In this document: piece after piece, positions 1 through 13,418 of the stretch
How the letters are laid out: each line of letters starts with the position of its first letter
Numbering within the stretch: the stretch's first letter is position 1
NCBI GenBank assembly: GCA_025830695.1
Contig: GCA_025830695.1_4111.1
Length of the DNA stretch: 64,000 bases
From: a phage
Direction: 5' to 3' (one strand)
Made by a program: the position numbers and the translations under genes
The notes under the pieces: model-generated
Seen by the model: the letters and a program-made list of their open reading frames with translations, nothing else
The model's database searches: none
What the model was told of the DNA's origin: nothing

Positions 1-905
1 TCCGTCGAGCAGTTTTATTCATTGGTGATCGTTGTCAATTGCCTCCAGTTGAGTCAGAAGGAACAATGGGCGAGACTAAATTGTCTCCTACGTTTGATGT
101 ACCTGTTCAATATGAGTTAACTGAGGTTTTACGACAAGCATTAGATAATCCGATTCTGGCAGTTGCAACTGCTATTCGTGAGTGTATTGGAACTAGTAAA
201 AATCCATTTGATATTATGCACCAAACATATGGTTTAAGCACTATTACACCTATTGATGATGAAGATTTGTTTTTGAATGTTTATCGTGAATTCATTATGG
301 AAAACAAGGGGTCATCTAAAAAAATATTTGATTTCGTAAATGAAAATAAAATCTTAGCATATACTAACTATAGAGTTAATTTGGCTAATATCTACATTAG
401 AAGTCAACTATTTGAAGTACCAGATGAATTTACTAAAGGTGAGCCAATTGTTTTTGAAAGCATAACTGAGAATAGTCCATATGTAGTACAACAAATTATA
501 CAATGTCCTGAAGTAAAACGTGAAAGTTTCATGGGAATAGATTGTTGGCAATTCCGTTTACCTAATGGTAGTTATATTTTAGGTGTAGGACCAGAAACAA
601 GAATTGCAATGGACGAAAAACTTGATAAACTTGTTAAGGATATTGAGAAAAAAGAAATAAATCCATTGACAAAGAAACCATATATGTGGCAGGATTACTA
701 TGTAATTAAGAACAAATTACATATCATCAATTATCCTTATGCAACCACTGTTCATAAATCACAAGGAAGTACTTTTGATAACATTTGGTTTGATACTGAT
801 TTTATTGAACGTATTGGTACAAATGATACTAAGTGTAGAATTTTATACACTGCCATGACACGCCCACGCTATAGTGTTATGTTGAGGCAAAATGCACGAT
901 TCTAA
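1..905 (+). CDS. dda: Dda-like SF1 DNA helicase, C-terminal part (5' end lies outside window)
   Basis: Frame is open to window start; upstream codons read ...FIGDRCQLPPV (SF1 motif III GDxxQLPPV); C-terminal YATTVHKSQGSTFD is helicase motif VI. Confidence 0.7.
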   Translation, partial: RRAVLFIGDRCQLPPVESEGTMGETKLSPTFDVPVQYELTEVLRQALDNPILAVATAIRECIGTSKNPFDIMHQTYGLSTITPIDDEDLFLNVYREFIMENKGSSKKIFDFVNENKILAYTNYRVNLANIYIRSQLFEVPDEFTKGEPIVFESITENSPYVVQQIIQCPEVKRESFMGIDCWQFRLPNGSYILGVGPETRIAMDEKLDKLVKDIEKKEINPLTKKPYMWQDYYVIKNKLHIINYPYATTVHKSQGSTFDNIWFDTDFIERIGTNDTKCRILYTAMTRPRYSVMLRQNARF

Positions 906-988
906 AAGACTAAATGTTATACGTAAATATTTTTGATTTTTAATAATAAATAATCAAAAGTGTTTTGTATTATGGAGAAGAATATACA

Positions 989-1555
989 ATGAACAATTTA
1001 CTACAAGTATTTAAAATTGAAGTTGCAGGGACGAACCTAGATAATATCCCATATTATATGTATGGTGATTATGATTCATCTTCCCCAACAACCGCACCGA
1101 CTGACCAGCAAACTATTGATAAGTCAATTGCACTTTTGCGTTACCTACAACTTTCTCGTTTGCTTTCAACTTATTCAGTACCAGTTTATAGCAATGTTGA
1201 ATTTGCTACACCAGGAACTGCAAAAACGATTCCAACTGGTGCAACAATCACCGTTGGATATATTAGTTATCAACCTTTTCTTAGTACTTTGAGTGTTGAA
1301 GAACAAGCAGCACTAACTACTGAAGATATGAAAACAGCAAAAGCTGCTGAGATTATCCAAACACTAATCAATGATTCATTGAAAGGTAATGGCACTAATG
1401 CACTAGAAAATGAAGAAATTACTGTACAAAAAACCATACAACGTATCAAGAATGCTCTTACTACGAGTACTGTTGATTTCATTGAGTATGAGAACGTGTA
1501 TCTTAATGTTCCTTCTGTTTCTGATGCATCTGTAGTATCTTACGTTAAATTATAA
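989..1555 (+). CDS. hypothetical protein
   Basis: ORF-track ORF trimmed to first ATG preceded by GGAG. Confidence 0.5.
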   Translation: MNNLLQVFKIEVAGTNLDNIPYYMYGDYDSSSPTTAPTDQQTIDKSIALLRYLQLSRLLSTYSVPVYSNVEFATPGTAKTIPTGATITVGYISYQPFLSTLSVEEQAALTTEDMKTAKAAEIIQTLINDSLKGNGTNALENEEITVQKTIQRIKNALTTSTVDFIEYENVYLNVPSVSDASVVSYVKL

Positions 1556-1578
1556 TTTTATAACATGGAGTTCTTGAC

Positions 1579-1773
1579 ATGACTGACAAAACATTTTATG
1601 ATCGTATTATTGAAGACAAGGGAGTTTTTGATAAGGTAGTTTATGACCTAGAACTTATGATCAAAGACGCACCGAACCCCCGTGTGCGAACCCAAGCAGA
1701 ATTTGCAAAAACTTATCTTGTTCAAGTTCAAGCAATCTGTGAAGCAATTAAAAAACACAATGATAGTGCTTGA
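1579..1773 (+). CDS. hypothetical small protein
   Basis: 64-aa ORF with GGAG upstream of ATG. Confidence 0.45.
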   Translation: MTDKTFYDRIIEDKGVFDKVVYDLELMIKDAPNPRVRTQAEFAKTYLVQVQAICEAIKKHNDSA

Positions 1774-1798
1774 CAGAACTAATGTTCTATCCTATAAT
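1770..1798 (+). promoter_or_regulatory. sigma70-type promoter (TTGACA-N17-TATAAT)
   Basis: TTGACA at 1770-1775, TATAAT at 1793-1798, 17-nt spacer, upstream of IF3-like gene. Confidence 0.6.
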
Positions 1799-1842
1799 TA
1801 CTATCGAACAAAACATTAAAATCATATTGGAGCTTTTATTAC

Positions 1843-2905
<1,063 letters not shown>

Positions 2906-2918
2906 AATATAGACTTAA

Positions 2919-5082
<2,164 letters not shown>

Positions 5083-5083
<1 letters not shown>

Positions 5084-5874
5084 TGCCAAGTAAGAGTAAA
5101 AGTCAGGCTAAATTCTTCGCAGCCGCCGCACACAATCCAGAATTTGCAAAGAAAGCTGGAATTTCACAAAGTGCTGCTAAAGAATGGAATGCCGCTGATG
5201 AAAAGGAAGGAAATCTTAAAAAAAGTTCTAAACTTCCTAATAAAGTAAAAGAAGCAAGTATGCGTAGTTTAGTCGATATTGTACAAGATGCAGAATTAGC
5301 TGATACAGACGACAGAACTTGTGATATAATGGATTCATGTGAAGACGACAAAGATAAGTTGGATGAAATGCCACAACGTTTCGATAGTTTTCAAGGTCAA
5401 GACCGAGACGAGTTTGTCGATAAAACTGCCGAAATGACAGGTAAGCACAACATGGTTAAGTTCGCAGAACATAAAGACTATGATGTATATATGAACAAAA
5501 ACGGTACTGGATTTATCGCTTACGATAAGTCTGGTAAACAGCTTGCTATAGTTAGTGGGCATTTATCCAATGATGCAGTACTTGGTGTTCAAAACGTTTT
5601 TGAAATTGCCGCAACTGCTTCTAAAACTGGAACTAAAGGTATAATTTATAATATCTTTATGGATATGATATCACATGGTATTAAAGTTCTGAGTGATAGT
5701 CTGCATACTGATGATGCGATTAAATTCTGGACCCGTTTAATTGGTTCCCATCAAGTTTATATTGTTGGTGGCGGTGAAGTACTTGCAAAGGCGAGTCCAG
5801 ATAAGGTTCATAAGTACTGGAGTGATGATGAATCAAGTCCAAGTGCCGAACTTCAACTTATGTTAGTAAAATAA
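5083..5874 (+). CDS. hypothetical protein
   Basis: 263-aa ORF, start overlaps upstream stop (TAATG). Confidence 0.55.
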
Positions 5875-5876
5875 TA

Positions 5877-5913
5877 ATATATCGGGACAAATCGTTCCGA
5901 TATTTTTTTTTTT
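5877..5913 (+). terminator. intrinsic terminator
   Basis: Hairpin ATATCGGGAC/GTTCCGATAT followed by an 11-T run. Confidence 0.7.
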
Positions 5914-5941
5914 GAGACAAACAAAACATTGGTGATACAAT
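5912..5941 (+). promoter_or_regulatory. possible sigma70-type promoter
   Basis: TTGAGA-N18-TACAAT upstream of topoisomerase gene. Confidence 0.35.
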
Positions 5942-5975
5942 GTTTTATGACAAAGAGACATGATAAGGAATTCAA

Positions 5976-7940
5976 ATGGCTAAGAAAGAAAGTGCTGTTC
6001 TACAGGAACATGATGTTCAACGACTAAATGATTATCAACATGCTCGTTTGCGTACCGAGATGTATCTTGGTTCTCGTTCAGTGCATGAAAGTCAAGTACT
6101 GATTTTTGGCGAATCAGGTTATGAGGTTAAGAACGTAGAATGGGTTCCTGCAATTCTTACTGCTACACGTGAAATTATTGATAACAGCTTAGATGAATTT
6201 AAAAAAGCTGGAACCAAAGAACCTGTTTTGAAAGTTGATTTCAATGAAGAAGAACTATCATTTGAAATTAGTGACAATGGACGTGGTATTCCAATTGATT
6301 ATGTTCCAGAGTATCAGAAAAACTTGTGTACTATGGTAATGACTGAAACAAAAACAGGCCGTAACTTTGACGATTCAAAACGTGATGAAACGATTGGTCA
6401 GAATGGTTTAGGTGGTTCTGTTGCAATGATTGTCAGTTCTAAGGCAGAGTTAGAAATTCATCGCCAAGGTCGTCCGTATAAAACACAAAGTAGTAATGAT
6501 GGTTATGATGGGTTTTATAAGTTCAATCAGAAGTTTGAGGAAGGAACTATTATGTTCCCTGAGCTTCATGTACACGAACCTACTATTAGAAAGGTACAAA
6601 CCGATAAAACTGGAACAACAATTCGTTTTACTTTGAGTAAAGAAGTTTTTCCAAACAGAAAACTACCAACCGAATTACTTTATAGTATTCTTAAAGAAAT
6701 GGCAGCAGCTAACCCAACTTATAAAATCTTTCTGAACGGGAAACGTATTGCTATTAAAGGAAACACTGAAAAAGCACTCTTCAATGCATCTAAATTAATG
6801 CAGTTGAATGTTAAAGATGATTCATTCAATTTTAACAGTACTTTTTATATTGTTCCTAATGCAGTAGCTGGCATGAACACGAATTTCCATATGCATGGGT
6901 TGGTTAACAATGCTCCTGCATTTGATGGTGGTACACATCTTGATACATTCAAGAAATTCTTCTCACTCGGTGTAGGAACTGCACTAGAGAAAGAATCTAA
7001 GAAACGTAGGATGAAACCTAATCGTTCTGATATTGAAGAAGGTTTGTTGATTTATAATGTCACAACTATGAAAGCACCTTCATTCAACTCACAGATTAAA
7101 TCTAAACTAACTAATGAAAACGTAATCCGTCCAATTCAACAAGCTATGAATACCGAATGGTTTGATGAATTAGTTAAGAAGAACAAAGAATGGGTTGATG
7201 AAATCTTCGAACGTTGTGCTGCCCGTACAAATAAGAAAGATGCAGAAGAAGATCGTCGCCTAGCAAAGAAACTTCTAAAAGGTAAAGTTGCAAAACTATT
7301 GGATAGTACTGGAACAGACCGTTCACAGTGTATTCTATTGATTGCAGAAGGTGACTCTGCAATTTCCAACATGGCTAGTGCTCGTATACCAAGTATTCAT
7401 GGTATTCTACCATTGCGTGGGAAAATTATGAACGTCAGTGGTACTGAGAAAACCAAAGAATTAATGGATTCAATGGCTTTACATGATATAATGGCTAGTA
7501 TCAACTTAGTTCCAGGTGTTAAAGCAGAACGTTCTGAACTAAACTATGGCAAGCTTTACATCTGTGCTGATGAAGATGAAGATGGGAAGAACATTGGTGC
7601 TCTAGTGTGTAACTTCTTATTTAAATTCTGGCCTGAATTGTTTCAAGACCCAGAAAATCCATTTGTGTATGTATTCAAAACACCATTTATCATTCTTGAG
7701 AAAGGTAAAGAATCAAAATACTACTATGGTCATAATGTGCATGAATATAACCCAGATGATTGGAAAGGCTGGAAAGCAACGCGTGCAAAAGGTTTAGGAA
7801 CTTTAGAAAAAGCAAACTTCCGTGATGCATTCACTAATAGTGTTGCAGTAGCGATCACCGATGATGGCCGTCTTGGTGAAACTCTTGATTTGATTTTCAA
7901 CAAGAAACGTGCAGATGATCGTAAGAACTGGATGGAATAA
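5976..7940 (+). CDS. 39: DNA topoisomerase II large subunit (gp39/gp60-type, ATPase + Toprim)
   Basis: 654 aa; Toprim motif LLIAEGDSA; contiguous with no split; RBS AAGGAA. Confidence 0.85.
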   Translation: MAKKESAVLQEHDVQRLNDYQHARLRTEMYLGSRSVHESQVLIFGESGYEVKNVEWVPAILTATREIIDNSLDEFKKAGTKEPVLKVDFNEEELSFEISDNGRGIPIDYVPEYQKNLCTMVMTETKTGRNFDDSKRDETIGQNGLGGSVAMIVSSKAELEIHRQGRPYKTQSSNDGYDGFYKFNQKFEEGTIMFPELHVHEPTIRKVQTDKTGTTIRFTLSKEVFPNRKLPTELLYSILKEMAAANPTYKIFLNGKRIAIKGNTEKALFNASKLMQLNVKDDSFNFNSTFYIVPNAVAGMNTNFHMHGLVNNAPAFDGGTHLDTFKKFFSLGVGTALEKESKKRRMKPNRSDIEEGLLIYNVTTMKAPSFNSQIKSKLTNENVIRPIQQAMNTEWFDELVKKNKEWVDEIFERCAARTNKKDAEEDRRLAKKLLKGKVAKLLDSTGTDRSQCILLIAEGDSAISNMASARIPSIHGILPLRGKIMNVSGTEKTKELMDSMALHDIMASINLVPGVKAERSELNYGKLYICADEDEDGKNIGALVCNFLFKFWPELFQDPENPFVYVFKTPFIILEKGKESKYYYGHNVHEYNPDDWKGWKATRAKGLGTLEKANFRDAFTNSVAVAITDDGRLGETLDLIFNKKRADDRKNWME

Positions 7941-7951
7941 TATAGACTAAT

Positions 7952-7974
7952 GGGGAACATGGTGTTCCCCTTTT
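7952..7974 (+). terminator. intrinsic terminator (likely partial readthrough)
   Basis: GGGGAACA-TGG-TGTTCCCC followed by TTTT. Confidence 0.6.
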
Positions 7975-7990
7975 ACCAAGAGACAATGGA

Positions 7991-9403
7991 ATGGCTAAAA
8001 GTAAAAAAACAGAAAATCATAATATCGATAACCAAACACTAACTCTACTAGATTATAACAGTTCTGATTATGTGAATACAACATCACTAGAATATTCGAT
8101 GTATACACTAGACCGTGCTATTCCTGGAATTGATGGTCTAAAGAGTTCACAACGTAAAGCAATCTTCACATTATCTAAAATTAGTGGGGAAATTAAAACA
8201 GTATCATGTGCTGGAAAAATGATTAGTGATGGTATCTATCTTCATGGGGACACGTCAGCATCGGGAACACTTCAAAATCTAGCATCTCCAGTAGCTAACA
8301 ACTATCCTCTTATTGGAAAACGTGGTGGTTTTGGTACACAAGTAAACAGTACACCAGCATCTGCTCGTTACACTTATGTTAAAAAGAATAAGAGTACTGA
8401 GATGCTTGTTTTGCGTGATGCTGATATTATACCAATGAAAGAGAACTATGACGGGACAACATATGAACCTGTTCATTTCTTGCCTATTATTCCATTATCA
8501 TTGTTTGGTAATGATAGTATGTCAGTTGGTTATAAGAGTACAATTCTACCACATAAAATTGAAGATATTATTGATAATTGCATTCGTGCTATTGATAAAA
8601 AACCACTAAAAGAAATGACCCCATATTATGTTTCATGTGGTGCAAGTGATGTTGTGACTAAGCTTGATGAAAATAAGTATGAATTCTATGGTAAAGCTGA
8701 GGTTATTGATGCAAGCACTGTTAAAGTAACAGGCTTACCACCTAATTACAGTATTGAGAAATTCATCGAAAAACTAATCAAAATGAGTGATGATGGTGAG
8801 ATTCGTGATTATGACAATGATAGTACTGATGTAATTGATATTACCATTAAACTTCCACGTGGAACGTCAGCTAAATGGACAGAGATGGATGTTATTGAGT
8901 ATTTTGGCATTAACAAAAAAATGACTCAACATTTAACTGTTCTAGGTGAAAATGGCAAAGTGAAAGTTTACGATACTACGATGGATTTGATTAAAGACTT
9001 CGTTGATTTCCGTTTCAAATATTACATCAAGCGTTATGAAAAGAAACTTGATGATTGTGCTGCTGAAGTTCGTTATAAAATTCTAATTAAAGAATGTTTC
9101 GATAATGATATGATTGCTAAGGTAAAAGGATTTGCAAACCGTGCTGAAATGGTTGAATTCGTTAAATCGTTAAATACCGAAATTGAAGCGACGGAAGAGA
9201 ATATTCAAAGCATTGTAAACTTCCCTTCATATCGCTGGACGCAAGATAATTATCAATCAGTACTACAAGATATTCAAGATAATCTTGATTTGATGGATAA
9301 GTACAATGAACTGTTATCTAATCATGACTTAATTTGGGACATTTATAAATCTGAACTAAAAGAACTAAGAAAGATTGACTTTACTCCTAAATCAGACAAT
9401 TGA
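7991..9403 (+). CDS. 52: DNA topoisomerase II medium subunit (gp52-type, GyrA-like cleavage domain)
   Basis: 470 aa; N-terminal YTLDRAIPGIDGLKSSQRKAIF resembles GyrA/ParC N-terminus. Confidence 0.85.
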   Translation: MAKSKKTENHNIDNQTLTLLDYNSSDYVNTTSLEYSMYTLDRAIPGIDGLKSSQRKAIFTLSKISGEIKTVSCAGKMISDGIYLHGDTSASGTLQNLASPVANNYPLIGKRGGFGTQVNSTPASARYTYVKKNKSTEMLVLRDADIIPMKENYDGTTYEPVHFLPIIPLSLFGNDSMSVGYKSTILPHKIEDIIDNCIRAIDKKPLKEMTPYYVSCGASDVVTKLDENKYEFYGKAEVIDASTVKVTGLPPNYSIEKFIEKLIKMSDDGEIRDYDNDSTDVIDITIKLPRGTSAKWTEMDVIEYFGINKKMTQHLTVLGENGKVKVYDTTMDLIKDFVDFRFKYYIKRYEKKLDDCAAEVRYKILIKECFDNDMIAKVKGFANRAEMVEFVKSLNTEIEATEENIQSIVNFPSYRWTQDNYQSVLQDIQDNLDLMDKYNELLSNHDLIWDIYKSELKELRKIDFTPKSDN

Positions 9404-9413
9404 TATATTTAAT

Positions 9414-9444
9414 GGAAGACCTTATGGGTCTTCCTTGTCCTTTA
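9414..9444 (+). terminator. intrinsic terminator (weak U tract)
   Basis: GGAAGACC-TTAT-GGGTCTTCC hairpin followed by TTGTCCTTTAT. Confidence 0.5.
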
Positions 9445-9452
9445 TATAAATA
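9445..9452 (+). promoter_or_regulatory. T4-type late promoter motif TATAAATA
   Basis: Exact TATAAATA about 40 nt upstream of ATG 9491. Confidence 0.45.
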
Positions 9453-9490
9453 ATCTATAGATAATGGCAGCTTGGCTATGGAGAATTATA

Positions 9491-11884
9491 ATGACAACTT
9501 TTACCCCACGATGGGATATAAAAGCCGATGCTCGATATATACAAGAAGGACAAGACATTCTTGTGCGTTTGAGTATCAATAAAGAAAGCACAACGGATGA
9601 TAGCTATGTATTAAATGAAGATGAATACTTAGAAATGATTCTTAACATACAATGCTTGGATAGTTCAGGTGCTGTATTTGATCCAGAACCACATTATACT
9701 TTTTATGTTGGTAATGACGAAAATACTTTTGTTCCTATTTCAGATGGTACAACTGGTAATAAATTAGTAAATGGTAAGCATAAGTGTAAAATCAGCAAAA
9801 ATGAATTTAACTTATCTGCAAGTACTAATAGTGAAGATGTTTATTTTATAAAAATTCATTGTAAAAATGATGGAACCTATAATAATACAGAAATTATAAA
9901 TTTTTATTTACAAGCAGTAAATGTTATGTATTTTGGAAATATTTCACCAAGTGGTGTTCTAGGATTAACTGATACATCAATAACATATGATAGTCAAGAA
10001 GTTTGGGTTACACCCGGAGTTGAGATTGGTGATGACAAAAAGCTTTATTGTATTGGTGATGTTGAGTATGGCTCCAACAGTACATTGTTCGTTCAAGGAT
10101 TTGGAAGAAGACGACCTTTCATTTTGGGTACTGACATGACTACTGATATTACACCTCGTGTCTTTTTTCCAGCATATCGTTTGATTGACATGGATATTTC
10201 TGAAGTTCCAGATAAACATATTACGAATGATTTCGCAGTATTCAAGCCAGCACAATCAACATGGCCTATTTCTGGTATAAACAAAGAAGTAAAAGTTAAT
10301 ATTCAAAATAGAAATGGTAATTTAATTGACACTGGAATGGTGTTCAACCCAAATGGGCAATTATTGCAAACATTTTTATATGACTCAGATGCTTGTGATG
10401 CATATTTTAAAGTTGAGATTGTTGATATATTAAGTACATACACCGAAGAAAGTGAAAGGTTTGCTATCAATCAACGATATAAAGCATATCAAATGTGGGT
10501 TTGTCCTGAAGACATAGATACTATATATTCTATTTCAGAAAAACCACTACCCAATCATTTATATCAATTAAAAGATAATGTTGTGTATCCATACGTAATT
10601 AGTGGTGAATACGATAATGGAACAATTAAGCCCGTTTATGATAGTAGTGATTGGATTGATTTAGGATATTATGACTCTACTCTTGGTGATAATATCATTG
10701 GTATGCAAAAAATGTTCAGGGTTTTGATAAACGCAGAAGAAGGTAATAATATAAACTTTATTACTGATAGTGATTTAGGAACCATACATGTTGGTGAATA
10801 TTTTGGAGACAGTATATATCCTAAAATTGAAACTGATAGCTCTAATCAAGTTTCGTATGTTTTAGATGGTGGTGATGACATTAGAAAGTATGGGATAGAT
10901 TTGACACCAGATGGATATCTTGTAGGAACTGCATATGCCAAAAGTATTGATTTTAGTGAAAATGATGATATTAAATTATCGTTTTATGTTAAAGCATTTA
11001 GTACTGAAGGTGGTGAAGCAAGAAAAATATTTAACCTTAAGATTGTAAGAGGATTCGGACAGAATTATTTGAGTGCACATGTATTACCTTCGGTTGCATT
11101 TGAGAGAGAATGGTTTAAATGTATAAGTACTTCATCATTCACTAATCAACTATTTTTCCGACAATCTGACAATAGATATGGTCTTCAGAAAATACCGAAG
11201 ATGTTATTGAAAGAAAACTTCCTAAGTCAAACGTATCCATATACTAACCTTTCTGATATCAAGAAAGTATTGAGAAATAGTATAATTAACCCAAATGGAA
11301 CTACTATTCCAAATGGAAAATTTAAAATGGTAATGGGTAATTATAAAATAATATCAGCACTTGACAATCAAGGTAACTTACAATATGATCTATTATATAG
11401 AGAGGTTTTACCTGAAGGTTCTTTAGTATCTGTATCCAAAAATCCACGTCAATATACTCAAATCGACAACGGTCAGCTTGGTGAATTATTTGGTTTACGA
11501 CAAAATATTTTTCAGGCTATTGGTGAAGACACAACCAACTTAGTAAAAGACCCAACCGATTTACAAAATCGTGGTCTATACGTTGATGCGATACCAAGTA
11601 TCAGTGATGAAATGCTTGATACGGTTCCAAGATTTATGAATCACCCATACATTGAAGATGGTATACAGAAAAAATTCATGCCTATCATTCCAGTTGCATA
11701 TTGTCAACCAGGCAAAGGTGAAGCATTTTTCAACACTTTACTTCAGAACAATGAACATGGTACAATGGTAGGTGTAGAGTTCGAAATCACATCGGTTGAA
11801 TTCGGATACTTTTCGCATGAATCAGTGAATTATGTTTCAGATACATTTTTGATTACATTGCAAAACAATAACATAGGAGGTTAA
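9491..11884 (+). CDS. large hypothetical protein, possibly a virion structural protein
   Basis: Long ORF; start set at ATG 9491 after GGAG; late-promoter motif upstream; no catalytic motif recognised. Confidence 0.55.
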   Translation: MTTFTPRWDIKADARYIQEGQDILVRLSINKESTTDDSYVLNEDEYLEMILNIQCLDSSGAVFDPEPHYTFYVGNDENTFVPISDGTTGNKLVNGKHKCKISKNEFNLSASTNSEDVYFIKIHCKNDGTYNNTEIINFYLQAVNVMYFGNISPSGVLGLTDTSITYDSQEVWVTPGVEIGDDKKLYCIGDVEYGSNSTLFVQGFGRRRPFILGTDMTTDITPRVFFPAYRLIDMDISEVPDKHITNDFAVFKPAQSTWPISGINKEVKVNIQNRNGNLIDTGMVFNPNGQLLQTFLYDSDACDAYFKVEIVDILSTYTEESERFAINQRYKAYQMWVCPEDIDTIYSISEKPLPNHLYQLKDNVVYPYVISGEYDNGTIKPVYDSSDWIDLGYYDSTLGDNIIGMQKMFRVLINAEEGNNINFITDSDLGTIHVGEYFGDSIYPKIETDSSNQVSYVLDGGDDIRKYGIDLTPDGYLVGTAYAKSIDFSENDDIKLSFYVKAFSTEGGEARKIFNLKIVRGFGQNYLSAHVLPSVAFEREWFKCISTSSFTNQLFFRQSDNRYGLQKIPKMLLKENFLSQTYPYTNLSDIKKVLRNSIINPNGTTIPNGKFKMVMGNYKIISALDNQGNLQYDLLYREVLPEGSLVSVSKNPRQYTQIDNGQLGELFGLRQNIFQAIGEDTTNLVKDPTDLQNRGLYVDAIPSISDEMLDTVPRFMNHPYIEDGIQKKFMPIIPVAYCQPGKGEAFFNTLLQNNEHGTMVGVEFEITSVEFGYFSHESVNYVSDTFLITLQNNNIGG

Positions 11885-11885
11885 T

Positions 11886-12197
11886 ATGTTTAATCCGTTT
11901 TTTGACCCGTCTGGAATGACGGAAAAAGAACTACAGTTAAAAATTAATGAACAGTCAATGCGTTTAACTTCTGCTCGTGCTGCTGGCCTAAGCGACATGA
12001 TTATTGGTAATATGCAAACTGTCTTAAATCAATGTTATGCTGAACTAGAACTTCGCCAAGGACAAAAAGAAAAAACTGTTTATGACGAAGAAGACCCATG
12101 TATCTTCGATATGGATTCATATCTAACTGACAACGAAGAGGCCCAGAAGAAGAAAAATGAAAGTACAAGGAAACAGATTTATAAGTCCCAATGGTGA
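11886..12197 (+). CDS. hypothetical protein
   Basis: 103-aa ORF, strong RBS GGAGG. Confidence 0.55.
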   Translation: MFNPFFDPSGMTEKELQLKINEQSMRLTSARAAGLSDMIIGNMQTVLNQCYAELELRQGQKEKTVYDEEDPCIFDMDSYLTDNEEAQKKKNESTRKQIYKSQW

Positions 12198-12675
12198 TGT
12201 GAAATGTAATCTTAACGCAGTTGTTTATGCAATCAATTGCGGTGCAGATATCCAGTACTTACAATTGCAGGAAATTGATGAACCTGAAAGGTTGAAATTC
12301 AATGATAACTGTAAAAAATTTGGCTTAGAACAACGTATGCTGGATTATACAATTGAGCATGATAAAAATCATGAACTGTGGCGATATGATCCAGTATACG
12401 ACAATATAAATCTGCGTGACTTTTTCTTACAAAAATGCACATCCGATGAAGCACGAAAACGTGTTGAGTATGAACTTGATTTATATGAATATTATAATAT
12501 GACAAAGCTACTAAGATGTATGATATGGCTTGTTGATTATATGGAAGAAAATGAGATCTTTTGGGGTCTAGGTCGTGGAAGCTCTGTTGCATCATACTGT
12601 TTGTTTTTGATTGGACTACATATGGTAGATTCATTGAAGTACGAACTTGATGTTAACGAATTTTTGAAATGGTAG
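12157..12675 (+). CDS. DnaE (Pol III alpha)-like palm-region fragment protein
   Basis: C-terminal GLGRGSSVASY...VDSLKYELDVNEFL matches DnaE GPGRGSGAGSLVAY...DLDPLEFDLLFERFL; ORF stops before the catalytic Asp motif; start uncertain. Confidence 0.45.
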   Translation: MKVQGNRFISPNGDVKCNLNAVVYAINCGADIQYLQLQEIDEPERLKFNDNCKKFGLEQRMLDYTIEHDKNHELWRYDPVYDNINLRDFFLQKCTSDEARKRVEYELDLYEYYNMTKLLRCMIWLVDYMEENEIFWGLGRGSSVASYCLFLIGLHMVDSLKYELDVNEFLKW

Positions 12676-12693
12676 AAAAACATGTGATATAAT
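12664..12693 (+). promoter_or_regulatory. sigma70-type promoter with extended -10
   Basis: TTGAAA-N18-TGaTATAATGTTT. Confidence 0.5.
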
Positions 12694-12716
12694 GTTTATT
12701 GTAGGCTTATATCACA
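12683..12716 (+). repeat. perfect 10-bp inverted repeat TGTGATATAA-N14-TTATATCACA over the -10 region
   Basis: Read directly from sequence. Confidence 0.7.
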
Positions 12717-12738
12717 CATACAATAAAAGGATTTTGAT

Positions 12739-13083
12739 ATGTCTAAACATACAACTTATCGTGGTACAACAATTGACATGGATATGCTCAAGTACCAAAA
12801 TCAACATCAGGTAGCATTAGGTAATGCTAATTTAAACGCACGTGGTGATAAAATCGGTTCAGGTGGAACAATTATTAAAACTCGTGAAGAGTTGATTCAA
12901 GAAAAAGAACGAGAAATGCAAATTCCTGATTATATCCCTGAACATCAACTTCATAGTACTGAACATGGTACGGATGAAGTATGGGATGATGAGAGTTTTG
13001 AAGTTAAGCCCGAAGAACAAGAAGCTGAGGTTTCTGAAGAGAAGAAAGCACCACGTCGAGCTAGAACCAAAGATCAGGAGTAA
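12739..13083 (+). CDS. hypothetical acidic protein
   Basis: 114-aa ORF downstream of promoter. Confidence 0.5.
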   Translation: MSKHTTYRGTTIDMDMLKYQNQHQVALGNANLNARGDKIGSGGTIIKTREELIQEKEREMQIPDYIPEHQLHSTEHGTDEVWDDESFEVKPEEQEAEVSEEKKAPRRARTKDQE

Positions 13084-13091
13084 TATATTAA

Positions 13092-13418
13092 ATGACTAAT
13101 AAAGTAATGACTGCATGTAAAGGTAAAGTACTGGTAACTGAACTGGAACATGGTGAACGCAAAACAGCAGGTGGTATCGTTTTAACAAACGATGACGGTA
13201 AAATTAGAGGTATTCGTTCTCGCTGGGCAAAAGTTTATTCTGTAGGCGAAGACATTACTGATATTAAAGAAGGTCAATGGATTTTAATTGATCATGGTCG
13301 ATGGTCAAGAACTATTGAAGTTGATGGTATTGAATTAAACTTGGTTGATTATCCAGCCGCAGTTAGTTTAGTTTCAGATGAAGATCCACGAACTAAAATG
13401 CTAACCTTTGGTCGTTAA
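13092..13418 (+). CDS. co-chaperonin GroES/gp31-like (Cpn10)
   Basis: 108 aa; mobile-loop-like KTAGGIVLT and overall GroES-like pattern. Confidence 0.65.
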   Translation: MTNKVMTACKGKVLVTELEHGERKTAGGIVLTNDDGKIRGIRSRWAKVYSVGEDITDIKEGQWILIDHGRWSRTIEVDGIELNLVDYPAAVSLVSDEDPRTKMLTFGR

